A stretch of 63,623 nucleotides of DNA, counting the filler. It is 9 parts of 9 records of this genome, joined end to end, with 100 filler letters (N's around TTAATTAATTAA, not from the genome) between each part and the next. Parts side by side here need not be neighbours in the genome. Positions count along the whole stretch, not along the records: positions 16,403 to 31,829 come from SRR15195285_636; positions 31,930 to 38,552 come from SRR15195285_637; 7 more parts are not named here. The stretch is one strand, 5' to 3'. Positions 23,781 to 34,539 of this stretch are shown here, in pieces. Within the stretch, counting starts at the first letter, position 1. Each line of letters starts with the position of its first letter. Under the pieces are notes generated by a model. The model was not told the origin of the DNA and did not search any database. It saw only the letters and a list, made by a program, of their open reading frames with translations. A program made the translations under genes and the position numbers.

Positions 23781-24326
23781 TCAGTCTGATTCCGGACGGG
23801 CTACCACGACCAGCTCATCAGCAGACGACTGCTTCAGTACGAGGATTTGCTTCCGCCGCAGCCAAGAATTCATCTCTTCGGCCTGCTCCTGCTCCCCGGT
23901 TTGCATGCTTGCCATTGCCCAACGCCTCACTGACTCCTCTATCACAGACCGCATCTCAGGTGAGGAACTGCCCGACCACTCGACCTTCGTACTGAAGCAG
24001 CGTGCCGCGCAGGCCAGGCGACCGAGATCCTTCGGCGCAAGAAAACTGCAGATATGCACCAGCACTTCCGAATCCACGATATTACCCAAGCCAGCTGGTG
24101 CGACCTCAGGCTCAGGCTCAGGCTTAGGCTCAGGCTCGCGCGTGGGCTCTACTGCCGACCGCTGCGGCTGTGAATGACCGATCAGAAACCTGAAGGGGCT
24201 AGCTGCTGCGCCGCACTGAGCGTCGCCACAGTCGCAAGCCGTGCTCCCGGCGGTGCTCAGGTTGGAGAGCGACGTTGCAGCGTCGGTGGCCAGCTTGGTG
24301 ATCGTCGCCAGATTCTGAGCGAACAT
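23781..24326 (-). CDS. Small F-box-like protein
   Basis: EVLVHICSFLAPKDLGRLACAARCF is F-box-like and preceded by a PEPE linker; ATG at 24326. Confidence 0.6.
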   Translation of the reverse strand: MFAQNLATITKLATDAATSLSNLSTAGSTACDCGDAQCGAAASPFRFLIGHSQPQRSAVEPTREPEPKPEPEPEVAPAGLGNIVDSEVLVHICSFLAPKDLGRLACAARCFSTKVEWSGSSSPEMRSVIEESVRRWAMASMQTGEQEQAEEMNSWLRRKQILVLKQSSADELVVVARPESD

Positions 24327-24983
24327 ACCCGCTAGCGGCGCCGGCGCCCAGCAACAGCAAGCCACTGCGTGTGTCGCGGCTAGGCCCTAGGCGATGTAGA
24401 ACCGGATATAAAGTGGCACAGGCGGCTAGGTGCTGAGCTAGGCCACACCACACCAACCAACCTCCCGCCGCGGCGCGCTACATGTACGCGATACCTAGCA
24501 CAAACCTGGGTACCTGGTGTACTCTAGAGATCTAGTCTAGTGTGTACACACATGTGTACACGGTACCCACAGGTACGATACCGACGCACGCAGCTGTCGT
24601 GGACGGCCGCGGCGGAGCTGCGTCGGTGTTTATTGGCGGGTGTATGTACACGGCTATACACGCTAGCGCTCGCCGCGCGCCCTGCGCCGTGGCCATTCGA
24701 GCCATGCGACAATGTGATTTTGTGGCCCGCGCGCCGGCGCCCGCGCGGGATACGGATCGGGGACGTGGGGATGCGCATGCGCGGCGCTGGCGGACTCAGG
24801 CTGGGTCGGATTCGCTTGGACCATGGAGAACTCACTAAGAACTACAGTCGACTCCCGCTGACCATCTCGAGTCGCCGCATTTTCCCGAAGATCACTATTG
24901 AAATTACTATAGATATCAGTTGTTGTGACTCCGGCGTTGGCGCTGTCGGGGGCCCTTGCCACTGGCGACGCGCTTGTTCGTGC

Positions 24984-25092
24984 GGTTGTTGGTGTTGTTG
25001 GTGTCGTTGGTGGTGTCGTTGGTGTCGTTGTGGGTGTTGTTGGTGTGGTTGTGGGTGGGTGTTGTTGTCGTTGTGGGTGGGTGGGTGGTTTG
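24984..25092 (+). repeat. Low-complexity (GTT/GGT/GTC)n tract just upstream of ATG 25114
   Basis: Direct reading; it produces spurious Thr/Pro-, Val/Gly- and Cys/Trp-rich ORFs. Confidence 0.85.
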
Positions 25093-25113
25093 GTGGCGAG
25101 CGAGGCTGCTGTG

Positions 25114-27732
25114 ATGCGCAGGGTGTCGTCGCTGCGGCGGCTGGGGCTGCCCTTGGCGCCAAGGATCGGACGCTGCCCGTGCCCGCATCGGCCACTGTCC
25201 AGCGCAGCGGAGCCGGAGGCGCTCGCTGATGCCAATCCGGTGCAGGATCTGGCGCTCAGCAAAGGCAAGATGAAACGCCTCAAAGCGATCGCTGCGCAGA
25301 AAGGCATCGAGTCTGCCGGCGTGAGTCGGCCGGAGCTTGTGCAGCGCATCTTGTCTGCGAATCCAACGGCAGACAGCGCGTCGAACCCACAGGGCGCAGA
25401 CGACCACGACGAACCACAGTCCGAGTCACGCCCTCGCATTGAATACTCCGAGCAGCTGAAGCAGCTGTCGAAAGCCTACCACCAGCTCGTCACAAGGCTG
25501 GTTGCGCAGGACAATGACACGGCCGTGAGCGCAACTCTGACTCGAGCGCGCGCCGCGGGGGTCGAGGACTGGGTGCTGCAGACTGCCTTAGAGCAGCAGC
25601 CGATGCCCGACCTCGACATAGCCGCAGATCCTACCCCACCGGAGGTCCAGGCGCGGCTACAGGCCGCTCGGCAGGAAACCGCGCGGAAGGCCGCAGAGGC
25701 CGAGCAGCGTCAGCAGGATCAGGCTGCCGCTGAGGCAGCACAGCGAAGAGCGCAGCAGGTGGAACAGATCGAGCAAGCGATCGGCAGCGACGAGCGCAGC
25801 GCAGCCGAAGTGCGCGCCGAGTGCCGCGAGCACGGCCTCAGCAGCGCAGCCGCTCGCGACGAGCTACTGCGTCGACTGATGCTGCACCAGATCTGGGCCA
25901 GTGGAGAGCCAGAAGGCAAGCTCCCAGATGACCTCGCCGCTGTTACGCTGGAGCACTATACTGCTGCGCAGCTTAAAACATGGTGCATAGACAACAGGTT
26001 GCCACACACTGGCACCAAAGGCGATCTAATTGATCGGCTCGAGGGGTTCAGCCAGGGCACCGGTGATCATGCTGCCCGTGCGAAGTCGCGCGACATCCAG
26101 ACTGGCGCCGTGAAAAAGTACGCGCCATCTTTCGTGCAACCCCAGCCAACCAAGGTCAGTGACAAACCATTTGTGGAGAAAGCGTGACACCGCCTTTTTG
26201 TGTCGCCATCGTAGGTATGACCTGTGGGCTATGAACCAGTCGGTGAGTCGCGCACCGCTGCCGTCCTCAAGTTGCCTGCTCTATCGTATACAAACAGCGC
26301 ACGCATTGCGCTGAATCGTTTCGGTTTCTGTCTGCCGTGCGATGCGGCGCATACCTGTAGGGCAATCAAAGCACGACGTTCATTGGCATTAAGAGTAACG
26401 TGTGCTACGTTGACCTTGGACCGGGGCACATAGACCGCATGGACTGGGTGAAATCTGCACGCCGAATACTCAACTTGACTCACGACGACCACAGCAGTAC
26501 GTTGGCAGACGCTGCAAATGTGGCGGCACCCAATGATACTGGTATCCCAGACAGCTATGGAGTCGGAGGATACGGCGCGACAGGGTCGGGTTCAGACTTC
26601 TGGGAAGACGGGAACTCGCGACAGCACACCGCTGCGTTCAGTCAGCGAGATCTATCCTTGCCTCGTAGCGTGCATGGTTACTTGGCAAAGGAGACACTGC
26701 CTGGTTCTTTCGGCAGGGAGCAGTTGAGAATGACTTATGATGCTATCGTCGCGTACTTAGTTCCGCAGTCTGATGTGCACACTACTGTCCCGGATCCGAC
26801 GGAAGAAGTGTACGAGAACATGCAACGGGCTGAACGGATGATTCATGTGGCCGAGCGTTCACTGGTCACCAACGGGTCTATACTCATGGCTACAGGGCAA
26901 CTGGAACTGTCACAAGCGTTGGAGCTCGTCGATCGCATGGATCAGTCCTTCTTGGACGTGATGGAACTCAGCCATGGCAACGCTCTAGCGCGTGCGCGCA
27001 AGGTGATGAACGTGCTTACTCAGCGAGCGTACATGAGTATCGATCGGCAACGCGCAAGCCTGGCACCGACGACTCAGCAGCAAAGCCGTGCAGCTGGACC
27101 GGGAGGTGTTGTCAGTGGGACAGTTGGTGACATGGAAGCTCGAAGGCTCGTAAAGCAGTGGTTATCGCCATCGAACCGGGAATTCGCCGCCAGTGTGAGC
27201 AACGCTGCCGCATTTGGCCCGGACGGCCCGAGCCGGTACAGGCAATCCGAGGAACGGACCTGCGAAATGATTTCGCGAGAGCTCAAAAGGAACCGCCTGT
27301 TCGAACCGGACAGGACTGACTTCTACCTACTGCTAGGCAAGAATAAGGTCGAGGCCACCGTTGGTAACCAGCTGAGTGGGCCCGAGACATCTGCCACTAT
27401 GAACGGACAAGTCGATCTCGACTGGCAACTGCGGCTCAACGGTTTCGCGGTGCGTCTGCTGCTATGCCGCGGCGTTTGCTTCCGTGCCTGGTCTGTTTCC
27501 GCCGTGTCTTGCCACCTGCAATATCAGATCATTCTCACAACTGCGTTGCTGCGTGATCTTTCACAACTTTTTGTACTCGTAATGCCCTTCTACATAGGCG
27601 GATCTCGAACGGGAGTCGCATAGCGTTGCCAGCCACGGCCACAGGCTTGAGAAGCAGGCGCACAAGGAGAGTCGCGCACGCTGGGCTAAGCCAGAATATG
27701 TTCGGCTCGGCTCCCCCAACGATACGCCATGA
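25114..27732 (+). CDS. Protein with three SAP-like motifs and an Arg-rich mitochondrial-type presequence; exons 25114..26117, 26215..26242, 26361..27449, 27598..27732
   Basis: MRRVSSLRRLGLPLAPR; motifs RLKAIAAQKGI..RPELVQRI, EVRAECREHGL..RDELLRRL, QLKTWCIDNRLPHTGTKGDLIDRL. Three GT-AG introns restore the frame; the last exon is less certain. Confidence 0.7.
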
Positions 27733-27876
27733 GACGCAGCACGAGGCCACGATCCTAACGATATCGTTGTGTAGACGAATGTTTGCAATACAAATGCACC
27801 ACAGCAGCATCGCCTTAATGCCTAGTGTCTCTACGCAATATATTCATTAGCTGACATCCCACCGCATTGTCTCGTG

Positions 27877-30800
27877 CTACGCCTCTATGCCGCTCACTTC
27901 CGCCGCCACGGAGTGCTTTGGCTTCGATCCTTCGGGCGGCCTGGGTTGAAGTGCGATCGGGGTGTCCCTCAGCTCACTCTCGGCTCGACCAGGCATCCGA
28001 GCGGCAATCTCCGAGCCGGATGGCGCTTTACGCTGCTCTGAATCGAAGAAGCCATAGTCACTCATTCCTGATACGTCCATCCAGCCATTCGCTCTGTCAC
28101 TGGCAGCCTTCGCCTCCTGCTCCCGCGTCCGTAGCGCAAGTACTTGCTGCCACGCAACCTCAGCTGCAGGCAGCTGCTCGATTGCCTTGGAATTCGTCCT
28201 ATCGATGTCTAGTGCTTGCTTCCAGGCCCTGAGCGCTAGTTCCTTTCCAGGTTCTTGCCCAGCCCGTGTAGGCGATGCAGCTGCTGCGGCCTGAGCATGC
28301 ATACCAACAGCCACAGCCACCTGACCCGCTGCGTCAATACGCGCTCTGGTCAGGCGCTTCCGGAGGAGGCCAGCCCCCGGGTGAGTGATTAGTCGCCAGC
28401 TTGTTAGCTTGCTAACCTCTTCCAGCGAATTCGGGGTTGCGGGAAGCTTGAGGGCTATTTCGCTGCCCTCGTCTGCCGAATTGTCATCCAGCTTACAGAC
28501 ACGCGCGCATACAATGGGCACGAGTGAAATTACTCCGAACACTCCAGCAGCACTCTGAGCAGATTGTTCAGCGCGTTCGCTTTCATGAGCAGCAGCTTCG
28601 GCTGTCTTTGCTAGCGAGTGATCATCGACGTGTCGTTTCAGAAGCACCTGGGCTACGTTGTGGATCATGTCTAATACCGTATCGAACAGCGCTGCCGCAT
28701 CAGGATGTGTGCACCGCACAGCTGCATCCTCAATCTTGTCGATAGCTGCTCGCAAAAGTTCTGCACACTTGCTGCCGTCAGCGTGATTCTCAGCTACGGA
28801 GAATGCCCTCTTCACAAGCAACTTGCATTGTTTTCCTGCGTCTATTCGTGAATCAAGTACCGCTTGTCGACCTGCGACTTCTTGTGCAATTATGTCCATC
28901 ACGCGAGCTCGAATTGCCTTGCGCCGCACCATCGCCTCGTCCAAAGCAGCGTTCTGCTCGTGCGATGTCCTGTACCGCAGCGGGCCCCACTCCAGATGGC
29001 GGATGAACTCTGCATAAGAGGTCTGGCCATCAAACATCCCCCCAGCTTCAAGAGCCATTCGAAGTTCGTGCAGATTAAGCAACTCTCGCTTAGGCAAATT
29101 GATTCCTTCTGAGTCTTCCTCATCTTCTGTCTCACCGACTTTGTCCTGAGTTGCTGCTACATTCTCGAGTAAGCCTAGGTTTTTGAAGCCTAGCTCCAGC
29201 TCGACATGTGATAAGAAGCCACCTCCGTCGTCACCTGCTGTGTCGAAGAAGGTGAACGCTTCTGCACAGTCGACGAACCCTCGGTCTTGCAGTCCCTCCC
29301 GAGCAATCCGTATAGCGTTCTGTCCTGCGCGCCGAATTTGGCGACGCTTTTCTGCTGCTGCCTTGCGCCGTTGATCGAGATCGTCTGCCATACTACCTGA
29401 GATTTCACGCCGGAGCTGAGCTACGGCAGCTTGCACTCGGTCCTCCATCTCATGACGTCTCTTCTCTGCACGTTTCAGTGCCCGCGGAATAGAGCGGGGG
29501 ACACCGCGCTTGCTCCAAGTCAGACCATGTACAAACCGTATCGCACCACATTGATGATGCGGATCCTCGATGGCACGAAAGGCCTCATCACAACTGATCG
29601 ATCGATCCAAATCAAGGCGGCGGAATGCTCGTCGAAAGTCGATTGGCACCAGCACTTCATTTGTGTTGTCATCGAAGAATACAAATGCCTCTGCCGCCTG
29701 TAACCCCCAAGCCAAAAGCAATATAAATCTTTGGCAGGTATGGGACAGCTAGCAGTCAAGTAAAGTAGACGGAATCAGACAGAGGTTGCCAATAGAGGTA
29801 GAGGGATCGTACGTCTTTGAACCCTCTACGCTTGAGCTCCTGACGCAGCTGAGTGAGAATTTCGTGACTCTGGCGTCGTCGAACTCGTACTGTGCCAACT
29901 GCGCCACCTTGTGCAAGGATCTGCGCAGACTTTTCCTTGTCTGCAAGCCTCTGTTGCTCATACTTCGCTGGATCGTGCGGAGCATATATAGGGTCACCAT
30001 AATATTGATCCTGAGTGACAGGCACAACACGCCACACGGGTGGCGACGATGCCCGCCAGTCGTCTGGGTTGGATGTATTGTGGACACTACGGGTTTCTTC
30101 GCTGTGTTGTTCCTCGCTGGCTTGCAATGAATCTGCGTCGTTGACCTCTCGCTTTGCTGTGGTGTAGGAATCTTCGACCAGTTTTTCCGCCACACCTTCG
30201 GCAGCTGCCGCAGCAAATTCGACCTCCTCGTGCAGGCTCTAGGCATAAACAGGATCGCATTTAGTGACAAGTGGGACACTTGGTAGCACTAGATGGCATG
30301 ATCGCCGCAGGCAACTCACCTGAGCACCGTCTGCAGCATCTTTTGCTCTGCTTAGCAACTCCTCTGCCGTTGGAAGACAAACTTGACGATTTGCGACTAA
30401 CTCTTGTACTTTGCGCACCGCGGCCCGGATGGTCGCTCGCCGAGTAGGGCGGCCAGCGGATGATAGGCTCGCTTTGACCGCAAATGGGTGCATCTTTTTC
30501 TGGGTAACTTTCGATCCGTCGCTACCGCCCCACTGCTGCAAAAAGGTTGATGGATCGACGAGCCTCCGGCCGCCCTCGTGCTCAGTAAGTGCATAGAGGA
30601 GCTCAAACGGGTCGACACTAGTGATTTTCAATGCCGCCAGCCCACGCGCCAAATTTCCTTCCCAGATTGATGGTGGATCGCTCGCAGGGCGGCGCAGAGC
30701 GTTGACGCGGGCTTGGCCGCCGGCACCGCCGTCAACACTGTCCGCAAAGAACCAGAACGCGTCAGCTGGGTCCGTCAGTCCGCGGAGACCACACTCCTGG

Positions 30801-31684
30801 CCAGCGAGGCTGAGTACCGCTCCACCATCCAGGTTACCCTGGGCACCAACCAGCAAATCGTCCTCCGTCATGTAGTTTGCTGCGTAGGAGACTGCTTTAC
30901 TTTCTTCGAGCTCGAGCTTAAAGCTTTGCCCCACGGATTCCAGGACAGCGCGTCTCTCGAAAATAGCAGAGCGCGTATCGACGCGCTCACGTATCGACGC
31001 GCGGCCGACTGGAGCAGCTGCGTTGGCCACAGCACGGAGGGCTGTATCTTGAGAGGCTAGTCGCCCCCACGACGGATGATTGAACACACGCAGCCACTGG
31101 CGTGCGTCGATGCAGCCGTCGCGAACTCGGCCTCGTGCGAGCTGTTCCAGGACGGACGCCACCGTGGCGTCCGGCAGCTCGAGCTCACGCAGCCAGTCAC
31201 TGACTGCTGGCGCCGCAAGCAGGCCATCCTTATCCTTGTCGGCAAATGCAAATGCCTCGGCGGCGTTGAGAAAACCCTGGTGCTTGAGCCGCATTCTGGT
31301 CTCCCTGGCAGCTGCCAGTGCGTTGGTCTGGCTCTTGCGCAAGACTCCCGATGCGACAGCGTCGGGGCCAGCATAGCTCAGCAGGTCGGTACTCAGCTCA
31401 CCAGACGCTGCCACCGACGGGTCCTCATTCTCCAGATTGTTCTCGACGCCTGGAGAGCCTAGCGACTCTTGCTGCTCGGCAATACGCGACGCAAGCTGTG
31501 CGCGTCGCCCGGGACCAAGCTGCGGCTTCCTCCGTACGCGACGACGAGGCACAGCCGCGACCGCCGGCTGCGGCTCTGGAACCGGTGGCTGCAGCGGCTC
31601 GGGGCGTGGCTGGGAGAAGCCCATCAGTCGGTCCGTCTCCTCCGTGATCTGCAGGTAGCTCGCCAGCAGCGGGTCCGCCGCCAT
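27877..31684 (-). CDS. Large protein with four repeated degenerate EF-hand-pair modules; exons 31684..30320, 30238..29813, 29697..27877
   Basis: Introns 30319-30239 and 29812-29698 join three ORFs in phase 0. The splice recreates RGFKD|AAEAFVFFD, matching the other repeat copies. Confidence 0.78.
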
Positions 31685-31829
31685 CCCTGGCGCCCGCGAC
31701 GGGAAGCGCCAACCGCTCCTGCCGCGGCCGGCAACGGTAGAGTCCGCACACCCGCCCAGTATCCAGATAGCACTACTGTAGCTAGCTAGCAGCAGTACGG
31801 TCAGGCGGGGTCAGGATTCAATCAAGGGG

Positions 31830-31929
31830 NNNNNNNNNNNNNNNNNNNNNNNNNNNNNNNNNNNNNNNNNNNNTTAATTAATTAANNNNNNNNNNNNNNN
31901 NNNNNNNNNNNNNNNNNNNNNNNNNNNNN
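31830..31929. other. Artificial contig linker 4
   Basis: N44-TTAATTAATTAA-N44. Confidence 0.98.
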
Positions 31930-32906
31930 CGCGGAAGCGGCGAAGGCGGTCCCGGGTGGGGCGGTTGTACAAGGTTTATTGTCGCCGCTGACGGACAAGA
32001 TTGTCGACGCACTGGTTGATGTTGTAATGTCAATGTCCCCAGTTTAGGGTTTGCTGGCCAAGAACGAGGATCGAGGCATCGACCTGGCTCGACTTTTCGT
32101 GTCGAATGATTGACTCGCCACTCGGCATCGAAGGAGAATACGAGCTGGCCGGCTGCGCTTTGCCTCGCAGACCCCATAATTTTACTGTAAAGTCAAAGAC
32201 CAGCGAAATCATGGCAACGCTACTGTGCAGGGCTTTTCGTAGCGCTTGGGCCGACACAGAACGCGGCCGCAGACATCGTCCGCCAGTCTCTTAGCCTGAG
32301 AGCAATTCCCGCCGTCGAAAGGCTGGACGTTTGGCATCAGCTTGTGCAGCCGTGGCTGCAGCCATAGCAGCAGCGGGGCACTAGCTGTGTGCCGTCAGTG
32401 CTACGGACGCATCAATACGCGCCGCAGCAACGGGCCGGCATCGAGTGGTGGCCTGGCCGGACGAACCGGAACGGGCATCGGGGCACACGCAGCAGCAGTT
32501 GTGTCAGCAATGCAGTGCTGACCGATCGACTGAACGAGATGCGGGACCACGTGCAACGTTCAAGCATCGCAGTAGACGGCACGGCCGTAGAGCTGATGTT
32601 CTAAATCTCCCAGTCAATCATTCAGCAAGCGCGGGTTGCAAAGGGGAGCTTGGAGCGAGAACAAGTGTACACGGGGCGATCTAGTGCGAATTAATCAGTG
32701 GTGATGACACGCCATTCCAGCACAATGTTACAATTCGAATACGCCGCTGTAACACCCCACTTGAAGAAGGACAGACTGTGCCTTCTGTTCCCCTGGAAAA
32801 TTTGTCCAAGTACGGACAAAAGATGCCTTGTCTCTCCGCATCGAACCATTCACATGCACCCGCCGTAACGAAAACCTGCATGTGCTCAGTAGCGAAGACC
32901 TGCTCC

Positions 32907-33752
32907 TCACAAGTCCATGTCCTCGTTTGCATCTTTCTGCCTGCGAAGTATATATGCGATTGCGCCGAAACCGCTGTTTTCTGCCACCTCGTAAGGTCGC
33001 AGGCCCTGCACCCACCAACACTTAAATTGATCGCAGCAAGCGCCAACAAGCAATCGCCTAAAATGTGAGCGGTGGAACCATTGGCTTACACTCAACGGAT
33101 TCGGCGTGTCGAAACTTTCATACAGGTTGTTTTCGACTAATAGCTGCACCACTCCAAGGTGCCCATACTGTGCTGCCAAATGCATCGGTGTGGCTCCATC
33201 TGCAATACAAGTTTCGTGCACGCCTCAGCAGGCTAATTTTACAGCGAGTAGACATCTTCGTGGTCGCACCACCAGTGTCGCGTTTGTGTACAACGAGCGA
33301 TCGAGCCGTTGGAGCAATCGGAGCTTACGATCATTCACAGCCTCAATGCTTGCGCCCTTCTCCAACAGCACACGCCCGAGGCCAACTTGACCATTTGCTG
33401 CCGACCAGTGTAGCGCCGTGTTGCCATCCTCGTCCCTTGCGTCCACACTCGCACCACTAGCTGAGATAGTTCACAGCATGGTGTCACTGGGAGTACCAAT
33501 CAGCACGATCACTCGCCAGTGGTTAAAAGAAGTGCGTTGCGTACCTAGTAGCTGTCGAATGGCAGCGATGCTCTCGTGTTCTGACGCCGATCTCGCCAGC
33601 TGCACTACGCTCGAGCCGCCGGTCCGCTGCAGTTCTTCGGAAGACACTGGCCTCATGCAAGCAAGAACTGCAGCGACAGCGACAAGGCATGTCGCGCGGT
33701 CTGCTGAGAACTGCTGTTGTGGAACCCTAGACTGCGCGGTGGAAGCTCCCAT
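32907..33752 (-). CDS. Small ankyrin-repeat protein; exons 33752..33545, 33460..33329, 33199..33090, 33005..32907
   Basis: GASVDARDEDGNTALHWSAANG, HGATPMHLAAQYGHLGVVQLLVE; three GT-AG introns in compatible phases. Confidence 0.85.
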
Positions 33753-34539
33753 CGTCTACCGCAATTCGCGCTGGGGATCACGTCTCGCGCGGCAAGGGCC
33801 CGCGCGCCGCATCTGACTCGAGTCGTGAAAAGGATCCTACTACAGCCCGGCACCGGCCGCGCACGCAAGCATCACGCGCCTGCAGCCCGGCACGGGCACC
33901 GGCCGCGCACGCAAGCACCACGCGCGTGGGCGCGTGCAACCGTGCATCAGTGCGGATTCCTACGACTACGCTAGGATCCTATAAATAGTGTACACGTCCT
34001 GAACGATGGATCAACTCGCCGACCATTGATCCTCAGTTTTGACCGCGCGTCATCACTCATCAGCATGCAACGAACACGCAGGGTTGCATGATATTACCGG
34101 TACCCCTGGCTCATGGCTGACCCAGCCCCTGACGTTGACAACCCAGCTGAGTTTCCCCTCCTTCCCTTGGTCTGAGCGACGGCGGTGCTGCTGCTGCTGC
34201 TGCTGCTGGCCGTGGGAGCAGATACTCATACAGCGTGCGGTAGGCAGGAGGGGGCAGGGCAGGGCAGGCGGTAGATACACTCATACAGCCAGATCTGCTC
34301 AGGTGGGCAGGGCAGGGCAGTGTGTGCCTGGGACGGACGGACCTGTGCGCGAACTGCTGCTCAACGTCGACGTGAGCTCTGCCTGCGCTGTTCCGATCGA
34401 TCCCCGCGACAAGAAGCACGTCAAGGCAGCGGACGAGTAGCTAGCCCTGCCACATCGTTTGCCCCAGCGCCCAAGAAGCTGGTGCTTCCCGACTCCTGAA
34501 CACTCCATGTGACCAGTTTCGACGGCTGACGGCTGACGG

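Noticed and set aside
24540-25439. Cys/Trp-rich, Thr/Pro-rich and His/Gln-rich ORFs
   Set aside because: They are alternative readings of one GT-rich low-complexity tract.
31930-32610. 3' part of a gene at the contig start (AEAAKAVPGG...DALVDV and later coding-like stretches)
   Set aside because: I could not build a consistent exon chain or recognise a family.
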